NCBI GenBank assembly: GCA_964016885.1
Contig: OZ024749.1
Location: forward strand, 11,408,001-11,472,000
Direction: 5' to 3'
DNA from: Eledone cirrhosa
Taxonomy: Eukaryota
DNA: 64,000 bases
This document shows positions 22,688 through 35,494 of this stretch, piece after piece; positions within the stretch are counted from its first letter, which is position 1, and the number at the start of each line of letters is the position of its first letter. The notes under the pieces are model-generated. The model was not told where the DNA came from. It was given only the letters and a program-made list of their open reading frames with translations, and made no database searches. The translations under genes were made by a program, and so were the position numbers.

Positions 22688-25193
22688 ATCATCATCATCA
22701 TCATCATCGTTTAACGTCCATGTTCCATGCTTGCATGGGTTTGGACGGGCGTTTTCCCACTTGAGGCAAGAGAGGTTGTCTTGCTCACATAGGACTGTCT
22801 GGCGGGTTTTCTACAGCTGGATGCCCTTCCTAACACCAACCACATTTACAGTGTGGGGCTGGAAGGTTTTTACCGTGTTGCCTACACGGCCACATTACAG
22901 CGTGGACTGTGTGTTTTTTTGTCGTGACACCTACACGATCTCATTTGTTTCGGCCTGGATGTTGTGGCACCAACATAACTTTACATTGAAAGGGGCGGTG
23001 TGGATGGGGTGGGGGTGGTGGGATGGGGGTGTATTTTGTTAGAGATGCCTACTGACTGTAGTAGGTTTTACTTTGTATTTAGGTAAGGCGGGTCTTCTCT
23101 ATTACTGAGTACCGCCAAAGATCTCGGTCCAGTGACATTTGTCTTGGAGAGGTGTAAGTGTGTGAGGTCGGAATTTATCAGGTCGTCCCAGGTTTTTCTG
23201 GGTCTGCCTACTCTGTGGCTACCGTCTATCTTTATTGCCCTGCACTTTTTTATACAGCTGTTGTCTTTCATGCGCATCACGAGACCATACCAACGTAGCC
23301 TTCTCTCGAGTAAACAACATCTGATCCCTCTTATTTCTAATTTTTCCTTTAGTTCGTTTATGCTTTGCCGTTCACGTATATTACTATTACACATCCAGTG
23401 GAGCATGCAAGCTTCGTTCCTCTCTAGTCTGCGTATATCCTCTGCACACAATGCCCAGGTCTCACTGCCATGCAACATTGCTGTTCGTATGCAGGCATCA
23501 TACAGCCTGCCTTTCATTTTTAGGGAGAACCCTTTAGCGGCTAATAGTGGTATAAGCTCTCTGAACTTTTTCCATCCAGTTCTGACTCTAGCTACTGTAC
23601 TTTCAGAGCACCCTCCCCCACTGCTGATTTTGTCACCTAGGTAACGGAAGCTGTCCACTATTTCTATAGAACCCTCTGCGCAATTGAAAGAGCTAGTATT
23701 TTGTGGGCACTTGCTGCTACTTATTGCACCAGAGCATCGGCCACATGTAAAATCTATGTTCTTAGTTAGCTTACCTGTGATCCCACTACATCTTTTATGC
23801 ACCCATACTTTGCATTTGGGACATAAAATGGAGTTTCTGCCTACGCCTTTCCTACACACTGAGCATGGCCATTTCCCGGAAGGGACCGGCGCCTTATTTT
23901 CTTTCCTACAAACTAGAACTTTAGTCTTAGCCAGGTTAATTTTAAGGCCTTTTGATTCTAGGCCGTGCTTCCATGTTTGGAATTTCTTCTCTAGCTCTAG
24001 CTCTTGATTCAGCTATGAGCATTAGATCATCTGCGTATAGGAGTTCCCATGGGCAGCCGCTCTTGAACTCCACTGTTATAGCCTGAAGGGCAATAATAAA
24101 TAGTAGGGGGCTAAGAACAGAGCCCTGATGAACACCAACTTTTATGCTAAACTCTTCACTATATTCGTTGTTAATTCTAACCTTGCTAACTGTTTCTTTA
24201 TACATGGCTTGTATAGCTCTCACAAGCCATTCATCAACACCTAGTTTTCTAAGAGCCCACCAGATAATGGAACGGGGGACTCTGTCAAAGACTTTCTCCA
24301 AGTCGACAAAAGCTAAGTATAGGGGTTTACTTTTAGCTAGGTACTTCTCCTGTAGTTGTCGTGCAATGAAAAGAGCGTCTGTGGTACTTTTGCCTGACAC
24401 AAACCCGAACTGCATTTCATCTAGATCAATTCTCTCTCTGATTAGTTGCGCTATTACTTTTTCCGTGACCTTCATGACCTGGTCGATTAATTTAATGCCT
24501 CTATAGTTACTCCTATCTAGGGCATCTCCTTTACCCTTGTAACAGTTAATGATGATGCTGCTACGCCAGTCCTTCAGAACAACCCCATTCTGTGTGACTT
24601 GGTTTATTATCCGGGTGACCATGGTGTGTCCCACCGTTCCAGAGGCTTTCAGTATCTCAGCAGCTATTTCCGAAGGCCCAGCCGCCTTACCCGTCTTCAT
24701 ATCTTTGATTGCCTTACTTATTATACTACCTTCAACTAACACTGCTGGTCCCTCTATTGGGTCGATGTAGGGGAGACTGTCCTTCTCCCATTTATTCTCC
24801 TCATTTAGTAGCCTTTCGTAGTGACACTTCCAAGCTACCTTCTTATCAGCGTTAGTGATGGCAGGTAAGCCATCATCATTTAGTACACACTTCTCCCCGA
24901 AAATATCATGGTTTCCCTTGACACATTGCCTAGCAATCTTGAACACCTCACGTTTTTGGTCCTCGCGTTGTAGAACATGCTTGAAGTTTCTTTCCTCTGC
25001 TTCCCTTCTTGCGAAGTACACTTGTCTCCTAGCTTCCCTCCTGGCCACTTGATAGTTTTCTCTACTTCCCCCATCCCGCCATACTTTCCAAGCCTGCTTT
25101 TTGGCCTTAATTGACTCCTCCACCTTACTGTTCCACCACCATGTTACTCTCCTCCTGCCTATAGGCCTGCTCCGGCCACAGACTTCGTCTGCC

Positions 25194-25197
<4 letters not shown>
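22688..25197 (-). mobile_element. 5'-truncated, relatively young RTE-clade LINE (RT + PHD-like finger), inserted in (TA)n
   Basis: ORFs 23942-25252 and 23068-23859 contain FVDLEKVFD, VHQGSVLSP, LLYADDL and RRLRWYG. One frameshift near 24000. (TGA)n tail. Highly similar to 48580-51080. Confidence 0.92.
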
Positions 25198-25257
<60 letters not shown>

Positions 25258-25764
25258 GACTTTGCCTGCTATCCCACTAAATCTCTTGTCTACCTAAGAT
25301 CTGCATCGTGTGCATTTTATAGAATTTATGCCAGTTCCTTTTCTGTATATCGAACATGGCCATTACCCTGACGGAATCAGAGTTTTGTCCTCTTTTCTAT
25401 TCATCAATATTCGATGTACCAACAAGTGAATTTTATTATTATAAAATAAACGTTGTCAACAACTCACAATTCTTCATCATTCTTTTGAGCATTCATCCTG
25501 CAAAGAATACATCTATTCGCTACATAATGGTGACCCCCATCACTACATAATTTTGTCTAAAGAGGACATGTTTTGATTTATGTTATACATAAAACTTGAC
25601 ATCTTCGAAATCTAAACTATAATAAAGTAAAAAGCGCGGGACTGCGTACGGTTTATAATTTTTTATCCCATTAGTAAAATAAGTTGGATTACTTTGAACA
25701 AATAATTAATGAATATTACATAATTTATCTACTAAATTTCGTGGCTGTTCACTTTCTAGCATGG

Positions 25765-25900
25765 TTACGTCCCTTTACATTCTGAGTTCAAATCCCGCCG
25801 AGGTTAACTTTGCCTTTCATCCTTACGGGGTCGATAAAATAAAGTACCAGTAATGTACTGAATAATTGCTGGCCTTGTGCCTAATGTAGAAACAATTATT
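25765..25900 (+). mobile_element. Family-1 SINE fragment (others at ~26782-26880 minus, 27961-28143 plus, 41945-42050 plus)
   Basis: CTGAGTTCAAATCCCGCCGAGGTTAACTTTGCCTTTCATCCTTACGGGGTCGATAAAATAAAGTACCAG. Confidence 0.85.
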
Positions 25901-26260
25901 TATTTAAAGATTCATTTCTTTAACATTTTCAAATGTCAACACTTCCGGTGGCGCTCGTTTAAATATGCATATTAATTTTCTCCTAATGAAGTTTATATAT
26001 AATATCGTCTTTTTTTTAATATATCATGGATTACGTTACTGATTACATAAGACAGTGTAACAGTCTTCGTTCAATTTCTGTGTATATTGTCAATTACGAT
26101 TTTATTTGATGTATCATATCTAGATGTATATATACTTGTGTATAATATCAATATACACACTACACATGCTAGCAGAAAACCACCGGAAGGGTGGTTTTCC
26201 GCTAGTATACGTAATAAAATAAATAGAGATGATATAAAGTATACATCTTTCGTTTATTAC

Positions 26261-26311
<51 letters not shown>

Positions 26312-26411
26312 GAGAGAGAGAGAGAGTACAGGTTTTCTCTGAAAGTGAAAGTATGGTTTTTATCGGAAAAACTAGATGCGTCATATAGGTGCGTAAACAG
26401 AACACACACAT

Positions 26412-26473
<62 letters not shown>

Positions 26474-28214
26474 AATCTTGCTAAACAAATGCAGAAACGA
26501 AATATATATATATATATATATAGTAGAGAGAGAGGGGGCGGGGGTTACAAAAGTACAGGTTTTCTCGGAAAGTGAAAGTAAAATTTTACCACATATAAAT
26601 ACTTGTATATGTGTACATGCTCTCTATATGTATACGTGTATACATTTATAAACAGTCCAAAAGCTTCTTCTTGCTGTCGCTGTGAATAGTGTTGCTTGAC
26701 TGCTTTGAAGTAAGTTAAATATATTTATTAAAAAAAAACTTTTTTTATAACATCAGCCATCATCTGATGTAATTTCAACTAATTATTGTTTCTACTTTTA
26801 ACACAAGGCCAGCAATAACCAGTGCATTACTGGTACTTTATTTTATCGACCCCTTAAGGATGAAAGGCAAAGTTAACCTCAACTAATAATACGACTAATT
26901 CGTACTAAGTTTAGGCTATTTATTCATCTATTTTCTCTCCTGAATGTCTATCTTATGTGTGATTCTTTTATTCTTTTTACTTGCTTTGGTCATTATCAGG
27001 CTTACTGCCGATGATGGGACAACAAAGAAAAAAATGGACAAAAGAAAAGCTGGTACATCTATAGCCCCCCCCCCCCCCCCGGATTTCGGTGGGGGAAAAT
27101 GTTTTCCTCGTTTGTTTTTCGTGTGCTGGCAACTAATCTAGTCTCCCAGGTACACGCAATCGACTTTTCTCGCTGGAAAACGGAGGGGGGTGAGATGGAT
27201 TCTCCCCGGTTACACCCACCTGAAGTGTTCTCTACGATCTTTCTTTCGCGTGTTAAACAGTCGGAAATGACCAGATTTGTAGAAAAAAGAGGATGAAAGG
27301 GAACGAAAGGACAATCGGAGTTCGCAGATCTACATACTTTTCGCGTTTGGTGGGAAATAATTATTTCTCATTTTTTTTTTGTATGCGATCAACTAATCTG
27401 ATCTCTCACATGCTCACAATCGGCTATTTCTCCGGAAACCCTAAACCTAACCTTAATCCTGATCCGGGGGGAAAAACGTTTATTGCAAGCATCTAAGAGG
27501 TTCAGGAAAAAAAACAAGGAAAGATCATTATTTCCCACCATACACGAGAGTTGTGTAGATCTGTGAAATTCCGATGGTCTTTTTTTAACTCACCCTTTTC
27601 AACAATTGGATGTCATATTCGTTGATAACACACGGAAAAAAAAAAAAATCTAAAATGGAGGGGTGTTTCATAAATTTACCAAATATATCATATACCATTA
27701 TTAATATCTAAATACATTAGTTTATTTATCAGTTTCTCGCGGAACCTCAAGCAACTTCTGGTGGAACCCTCGGGTTCCAGGCAGAGGCGAAACTAGGGTA
27801 TGGCACGTGCCATGAGTGTCACATTGGACTAGGGGCATGTTCAATTAAAGTCAGATAAGTCTCAGTAAGCCTTTGCTTACTACAGATCTGGTATCTGGTT
27901 TGGAATATTAACCCAGATCACGAGCCGCCTGTTTGTGCACACCTCCACTTTGTTCTTATATCTGGCAGTATCGGTAGAGGGTCGGACGCCATGCTTTGAC
28001 GTATAGAGTTACGGCCCTTGACATTTTGAGTTCAAATCACGCCGAAGTTAACTTTGCCTTTCATCCTTACGGGGTCGATAAAATAAAGTACGCTTAATAC
28101 ACTGGGATAATTGCTGGCCTTGTGCCAAAAGTAGAAACAATTATATCTGCTCTAACATTAAGTGCTGACTTTGGTATCTCACCAGTTTTCTACAGATTTA
28201 CTGAACCTTCTGCT

Positions 28215-28246
<32 letters not shown>

Positions 28247-28254
<8 letters not shown>

Positions 28255-28394
28255 ACATTACTTTTAACGGTCTGAAAAATGAAAGTAAATTTATTTTCAT
28301 TTTCGAACGTCGTGTTTACATTTTGTGTGTGTTTAGATCTAAATTAGTTACTGAGATTAAAGACAGAATCAGAGCCTCTGTCGTTTTAACTGAT

Positions 28395-28433
<39 letters not shown>

Positions 28434-28857
28434 AGTTGACGGTTGAGAGAAGAGTACTCAATACCGAAGTAATCTTGTAATGAGGCTTGCAGAATGGTGA
28501 CTCCGCCATTCTAGACGCTGCTGCCTTGTAGAAGTCCCAAATCGAAGCTCTGACACTCTCGTCCCCATCATTCAGCAGGGATTTTGCCAGGCAGCCGCAT
28601 CATCTCCGATGGTTGGGCTTCCTATTCGGAAATTGAAGGTGGGATTTACGTTCATGATGTTGTGGTGCACGAACGGAACTTTGTAGATCCTGCGGACCCT
28701 GATGTGCACACACAGCTCATAGAGAACACATGGAGCCATGCAAAGAAGAAGCTTCGTCGCCAGCATGTTTCGTTTGAACACACACACAAAATGTAAACAC
28801 GACGTTCGAAAATGAAAATAAATTTACTTTCATTATTGCGACCGCTAAAAGTCATGT

Positions 28858-28865
<8 letters not shown>
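28247..28865. mobile_element. TA-flanked fold-back cassette (~85-bp inverted arms) enclosing a Merlin/IS1595 transposase C-terminal fragment
   Basis: Arms ATGGCATACAT...TTTTGTGTGTG and CACACACAAAA...ATGTATGCCAT. Internal + strand peptide LPGSRIISDGWASY...VVHERNFVDP...HTQLIENTWSHAKKKL (ISXO2-type D and E motifs). Confidence 0.8.
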
Positions 28866-28927
<62 letters not shown>

Positions 28928-29056
28928 AAGGTTAAACAAGGTTCAATGAATAAAGTTTTACAATAGATTAGAAGCACTCCACAATAATCGTTTTTTCCGG
29001 AGTTATTAATATTAATTCAAAATATTAACAAAAATAGATATTCGTGTGATCAAGTA

Positions 29057-29123
29057 TATTTTATTATACATATTTCAGAGGTACTGAGCTATCTTCAACA
29101 GTACGTCCTCATCAGATAAAATA
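29057..29123 (-). ncRNA. Type-I hammerhead ribozyme motif
   Basis: TATTTTAT CTGATGA GGACGTAC...GTACCTCT GAAA TATGTA TA ATAAAATA on the minus strand. Confidence 0.7.
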
Positions 29124-29821
29124 AGATTATGCATGACAAACCCTGACTAAGTAGTTGGTAATTCACAAACTCAAATAAACATTATCGCTAGTTATGTCTG
29201 GAAGTCGAAAGTGAAACTGTTAAGCGAAATTGTTAAGTGAAACTGTTAAGCTTAAAAGTTTCACTTTTGAAAATTAGTAAATTACCATATAGGTACTTGG
29301 AGTTGTATACAGTGGTGTGCATGTAGACGGCTTTTACGCAATACTTTGATTTGTGACTCCTGTAATGTTGAATGCTTCCTAATTAATAGAGGTGATATAT
29401 CTGATGGCAAAACATGGTATTGCAGTAGATTGGTGTAATTTTTGTCGCGAGGCATGTGAGATGTGACTCGAATAAAACTCCAACAAATAGGTGGGATTAA
29501 TGAGGATGGAGAACCAATGACGGTGGAAGTGGATGAAACTAAATTTTTTCATCGAAAATATCACTTTTAATTCTGTCTCTTTTTGTATCTAATAATTTTT
29601 CTCTCTCTTTTTCAATAAATAACCTAACCCTAACCCCTAGTCAGTAATTTTACTTGTGGTTCACCGCTTCACAGGCTCACTTTCGACCTCCAGACATAAC
29701 TAGCGATAATGTTTATTTGAGTTTGTGAACGTAAAATAGTAAATTACCAAGTAGATGGTTAAAATTCAGTCATGACTGAATTTTAACTATCTACTTAGTC
29801 AGGGTATGTCATGCATCATCT

Positions 29822-29888
29822 TATTTTATCTGATGAGGACGTACCGTTGAAGATAGCTCAGTACCTCTGAAATATGAATAATAAAATA
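29822..29888 (+). ncRNA. Type-I hammerhead ribozyme motif
   Basis: TATTTTAT CTGATGA GGACGTAC...GTACCTCT GAAA TATGAA TA ATAAAATA. Confidence 0.65.
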
Positions 29889-30074
29889 TACTTGATCACA
29901 CGAATGTCTATTTTTGTTAATATTTTGAATTAATAATATATATATATATATTTTCAGATTTAACATTATCCTCATTAGCATATATCCCTTGAGTTTTGAA
30001 CCTTTCAATTCACTATCCTCACTGGACTTATACCATTAAGTTCACATGAAGATATGTCACTTAACACCAATTAT

Positions 30075-30133
30075 ATTTTATCTGATGAAAGCGTACTTAA
30101 ATATTAGTAACCTTGAAATACGTATAATAAAAT
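30075..30133 (+). ncRNA. Type-I hammerhead ribozyme motif
   Basis: ATTTTAT CTGATGA AAGCGTAC...GTAACCTT GAAA TACGTA TA ATAAAAT. Palindromic stem III; stem II is imperfect. Confidence 0.65.
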
Positions 30134-30435
30134 GAAAAGAGAATGTTTTATTATACAAAGCATATAAATAAATTTACAATAGAATAACAAAACAAATATG
30201 TTTTAAATATATACATAAATAACATTACAAATGCTTAGATAACATTATAAATTGCTCGCGATTCTTTCAGAAGGATATATTCTTTTAATGTTACAAAATA
30301 AATATGGTTTTATAAAGATATTTTCCATTTATTAATATTATTAATATTAATGATACTCCAGATAATTCTATGGAGTGATTCTAATCTGTTATAAAATTAA
30401 CTTTGTTGAATAATCAACAAACCATATAACTCATT

Positions 30436-30473
<38 letters not shown>

Positions 30474-31314
30474 TTTACCGAAAGTATACTGTATCACTAA
30501 TACATAATATATGATATATCCATATTTAACTCCCAGTATCTTTATATACATAATTTTCAGTTAACTTCTAAATTTTTTGATTGTTTTTACTTCGAGCTAG
30601 GAATAATTAATACATGTACACACGATTATATATGGGTATATATTTAGTTTTAACATGCCTCAATCTATTATTTAATTTTAATTTCATTATCATTTACCTA
30701 AAATATACTGGCTCATTAATTAATATATATCTATATACATAACCATTATTTAAATTTTTATAACAATAAGTACTTCAAAAGCTTTATATACCTAATACGT
30801 TGACAATAACTAACTTCATTAAAGATTACATTTAGGAAAATATTCAACAGTGTAAACTTTCCTTAATAATGACCAGCTAAACCCTTTTAATCTTATCATA
30901 AAAAAATTCAGAAGCTTAGAAATGTTAACACACTTATAAAATTTACAAAACTAATATATAAATAACCACCAATTTAAAAAAAAAAAAAAAAGACCCTAAA
31001 ATATTGATTCTTCACTCTAAGATAACATAAATTAAATATTTTCAAACTTTCGGAAAAAAATCTCCTTCTGCATACATTACCCCCTTCTCTCACTGACTGT
31101 TTTAATTCATGAAATGCTTTCCTAGATAAATTGTAGTATCATACATATTAAAATCTCGATAACTGATACATTAAGCAACGTTTTTCTTACTATTAAATTT
31201 ATTACGTTTTCGCATTTTCTCATTATTAGGGTATAAATGTTAAATTTTCTCTTGGGTTAATCACTACCTTGATTAAATCTTAACCATTTAACATCTTACG
31301 GTATGTCATATATC

Positions 31315-31377
31315 ATTATATTTTGTCTGATGAGGACGTACTGTTGTACATCCGAAATATGTATAATAAAATGTAAT
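31315..31377 (+). ncRNA. Type-I hammerhead ribozyme motif
   Basis: ATTATATTTTGT CTGATGA GGACGTA-CTGTTG-TACATCC GAAA TATGTA TA ATAAAATGTAAT. Confidence 0.8.
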
Positions 31378-31825
31378 TGATCAAAAGAACATCTATTTTA
31401 TTAATATTTATATTCTAATATTAATAACTCCGGAAAATTATTTTATCGTAGAGTGCTTCCAATCTACTGTAAAACTCATTCTTTGATATACTCATTGAAT
31501 TTTGTTTAACTCTTCAATATATATATATATATTTATACACACAAGTAAAAATTGTATAAAGAACTTGTTATAACTGCTAGTAACTCCTTCATTTATTTAT
31601 TTCCTTATACCTGTTCTGCTTGAACACTACTGAATATTAACTTCTCTCTAATATTTAACTACTAACCCAAGTATTGGGCACATTTCGCTTCGACTATCGG
31701 CCTGTATCGCACGTCTCTGTATCTCTCTATCTCCTACGATACATATATCCTATTATATATATATATATAGATATATAAGCAAAAATATGTGGTGGAGAAA
31801 GCAAGACTTTTAATACCAAAATGTA

Positions 31826-31924
31826 TTCCTTACACGGTGTTTCATCTCTTATGTACACTTGATAATTCCACAGGGGAATAAACAAGATTTATATGCTACC
31901 GTAGCAATAGATTCTTCAGAGGAA
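31826..31924 (-). ncRNA. Type-I hammerhead motif with a long stem-II insertion
   Basis: TTCCT CTGAAGA ATCT-(~60 nt)-AGAT GAAA CACCGTG TA AGGAA on the minus strand. Confidence 0.65.
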
Positions 31925-32206
31925 GATTGTTTGCTCTTCATGCTGTCACAAAAGGGATAATCAAAGTCCGTACGAAATGCAAAATATAAGGCTACACATT
32001 CAGGAACAATTTAGCCTTTAAAAATTCTGAGAGGGTATAAACATATCGATGGCCTTCGTGGAACCTGAGTTTTTTAAGATAGCGTTGTTTAAAGGGGGGT
32101 ATTAAGACCAGGGGAGATAATTCAGGCGCTTGGATATGTTATTTTAATTTGGTATGGCTTGCATTTAAGTCTGCGCATAGGCTCTCATTGATATACGCAT
32201 ACATGT

Positions 32207-32278
<72 letters not shown>

Positions 32279-32284
<6 letters not shown>

Positions 32285-32535
32285 ACTAGAAATAGATTGA
32301 CACATATATATATAAAATAAACACATAAAACAATCTCAGGGAATAATTTGTAAAGTGTGTAAGCACACATAGCTAGGTAGGTAACTAATTAAAGTTTAAC
32401 TAGAATACCTTTTAAAATGATTAATCATTTTAAAAGGTATCTATGTGTGCTTACACACTTTACAAATTATTCCCTGAGATTGTTTCATGTGTTTATTTTA
32501 TATATATATGTGTCAATCTATTTCTAGTTGATATA
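32279..32535. repeat. TA-flanked inverted repeat (~90-bp arms) with an inner palindrome
   Basis: ATCAACTAGAAATAGATTGACAC...AAGCACACATAG pairs with CTATGTGTGCTT...GTGTCAATCTATTTCTAGTTGAT. Inner TACCTTTTAAAATGATTAATCATTTTAAAAGGTA. Confidence 0.9.
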
Positions 32536-32623
32536 AAAGGCTCGGATCTATTCATTGGAATCTTTGAGCTTATTCTGCAGTGAATATGGCGCATGTCTCT
32601 CAGGTTAATTTAATTTTGGATAT

Positions 32624-32672
<49 letters not shown>

Positions 32673-32724
32673 CTTACATACACATATACGCACACACACA
32701 TAAATTCGGACCTAGCTGTTGAAA

Positions 32725-32920
32725 TGGCCGTAGGTAACATGGTAAAAACCTCCAAGTCCACACTGTAAACGTGGTTGGTGTTAGGAAGGGCATCCAGCCG
32801 TAGAAAACCCGCCAGACAGTCCTATACGAGCGAGACAACCAATCTTGCCTCAAGTGGGACAATTCCTGTCCAAACCCTTGCTAGCGTGGAAGATGGACAT
32901 TAAACGATGATGATGATGAT
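32725..32920 (+). mobile_element. RTE-LINE 3'-end fragment
   Basis: Matches 50895-51078 including the (TGA)n tail. Confidence 0.8.
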
Positions 32921-33370
32921 ATATATGTGTGTGTGTGTGTGTGTGTGAATGTATATGTGTATATAGATACACACATATAGAGACACACAAACATACATGT
33001 ATGTATCACATCACATATACATGCATACATAAGTTCAGTGCTTACCTATGCATATCCACAAATATATACTTCAAAAGAACTAGAGTGTAGCACGCGCTTA
33101 TCTAATAGTTGACACCTCTGGATCAGATTATGCTACTAAAACATTGGTTCTATAGGGTATAGTTGACTATGAATTATATACTGCAGTGGTCAAGTGTTGC
33201 AGTTACATATACAGGTAAAATTCCATTATAATGAATACCACTATAACGAATTTTTCAGTATAACAACATTTTCTTTAATCCCCGGCCACACGCTTGATAT
33301 GTTAGGTTGATCTCGTTATAAAGAATTTTTCGTTACAATGAATTTTTTTAATACCACGTGAAGTGATAGT

Positions 33371-33416
<46 letters not shown>

Positions 33417-34033
33417 GAAAGAAATATAGTGAGAGAGAGAAAGAGAGTGATAGAGAGGAAGTGAACCAGTAGCCAATCGGTTGACGGCATTGTGATGACA
33501 CATAGGGATTTCAGTTACTAATGTCAAAGTCTGTCATCCATCTGGGCGTATGGTATTCTCATTGCGATCTCTGTACATTTGGGGCAGCAACAACTCTACA
33601 TTCAGTCCACAGACACATTGTTTCAGGAATTTACAGCCGTTACTGTTTCCTTTCTGCATTGAGATGTGCAATGCGCATTCTGCGGCTTGATCCAGGCTTC
33701 TTCGTCCATCTGTACAAGCATATTCTCTGTCTCTTCCACAGGTTGTTGTAATAACATGCACGGACACTAGCACTAGAGGTTGTCAGATCTTCTGCAAGAT
33801 AAAAGGATCCTCTGTATTCCACATTTCAATTCATTCATCATCTAATCCTGTCCATTATATTGAATGGAAATTTGTTCTAGTCTGCTGCTTACCATAAATA
33901 CAACTTGTTCTCTTACTCTAACTTTACCATCTCTACTCTCACATAAGATCTTTCAATTTAAAAAGCAGTAATGTCAGAAAATTATAATTCTTTTTCTTGA
34001 TTTTTAATATTTCAGATTTTCCTTTAACTAAAT

Positions 34034-35117
34034 ATGGTTTTGATTCAAGATTGTTGCCAACATTGTGGTAAAAATAATGATTCTCTTTACCAATGTTCTC
34101 TGTGTAAAGTTGTTTCGTATTGTTCCAAAGTCTGTGAAAGAAAGCACAAAAAGGAACACAGCAAAGTGTGTTTTACTGCTGAAACTCCTCGAAAGGATAA
34201 AGTAGATTCACCATCAGATAAATATACAAAGCCAAAAGTAGCATCTTCCAATGATTATGATGAGCTGGGTGAAGAACATATAGACTTTTGTCAAGGATGT
34301 TATAAAACTAATGTTCCTTTGCAGAGATGTTCTAGGTGCAAAATAACATACTACTGCTCTAAGTTGTGCCAGAAAGTTGATTGGCCAGCACATGAAAGCA
34401 ATTGTAAAGCTACAAACAAAAATAGTGAAATGTATTGTGGAAGCAAAAGAGTGGAACCAGTAAAGGAGAAATGTGTGAATGTAGAGGAGGAGGAGAAGAG
34501 TAAAACAGAAGACAAAGTAAAGAGTAAGAAGACCAGAAAAAGAAATAAAAAAAAGAAGCATAACAATGCTAAATGTGACAGTATGAAAACAGATAAAGCT
34601 AGTTGTAAGATAGACACTGTGAATGAGAAGAGCAAGGAAGATAGTGGGGCTGCTGGGGCTAAAAAGGACAATAATGAGAATATGAACTGCAATGGAAAAG
34701 ATGGTAACATGGACAGTAAGAAGATGAATAGTAAAATCAAGACAAACCCAATGAAGAGCAAAACTGATGTTAAGGATGCTGGGAAAAAAACTGATGTTAA
34801 GGAAACTGGCAAAAAAACTGATGTTAAGGAAGCTGGGAAAAAAACTGATGTTAAGGAAGCTGGGAAAAAAACTGATGTTAAGGATACTGGGAAGAAAACT
34901 GATGTTAAGGAAGCTGGGAAAAAAACTGATGTTAAGGAAGCTGGGAAAAAAACTGATGTTAAGAATGCTGGGAAGAAAACTGATGTTAAGAATGCTGGGA
35001 AGAAAACTGATGTTAAGAATGCTGGGAAGAAAACTGATGTTAAGGATACTGGGAAGAAAACTGATGTTAAGGAAGCTGGGGAAAAAACTGTTGCAGGACC
35101 AAGTGTAGAAAATAAGG
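34034..35117 (+). CDS. Gene B exon 1: two MYND fingers, Lys-rich linker and 12 KTDVKxAGK repeats
   Basis: Near-identical to gene A exon 1. Acceptor TTTCAG at 34010-34015 and donor AAGG|GTAAG after 35117 (phase 1). Confidence 0.9.
34760..35083 (+). repeat. Coding 27-bp tandem repeat, 12 units
   Basis: KTDVK(D/E/N)(A/T)G(K/E) x12. Confidence 0.95.
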
Positions 35118-35494
35118 GTAAGCCTCTTTTTCAAATCTTTTAGAATTTTCATATTTTTATCAGAATATAAGCTAAATTTGAAAAGCTATAGAAAGTGAAG
35201 CAAGGAACAATTGACAGAATTGTGAAATGTTTTTATAGATTAATGAGCATCCATGTTTTGGCAATCATCATGATTTATATTCATGTTTCATGTTGTTTTG
35301 CCTAAGTCTTAAAATATTTAACTTGAACAAATTTAATTACTGGATTTCTCTTTCACTTTAAAGTACAATTAAAACTTGGTGTCCTCAGCCCCAAATTGCC
35401 ATTTACTTTTACAAAATCTCGAAGGGTGCATCCCACCTGAGGAAAGAGCGTTGTGAGGTATAGTAGCTGATGCAGCAGATCTTTTGGCATTTTG

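Larger units (their letters stand above)
29005..29940. mobile_element. Fold-back cassette with nested inverted repeats, a hammerhead in each outer arm and a Merlin N-terminal fragment inside
   Basis: ~29005-29155 is the reverse complement of ~29790-29940, and ~29162-29213 of ~29677-29729. Inside, 29420-29565 encodes AVDWCNFCREAC...IGGINEDGEPMTVEVDETKFFHRKYH. Confidence 0.8.

Noticed and set aside
25941-25957. ETS-like ACTTCCGG motif as a gene B promoter
   Set aside because: A single short motif 8 kb upstream with no transcript evidence.
30440-31310. Possible Penelope RT or GIY-YIG coding remnant between hammerheads
   Set aside because: I could not find a recognisable peptide motif by eye. 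It needs tblastn or HMM searches.
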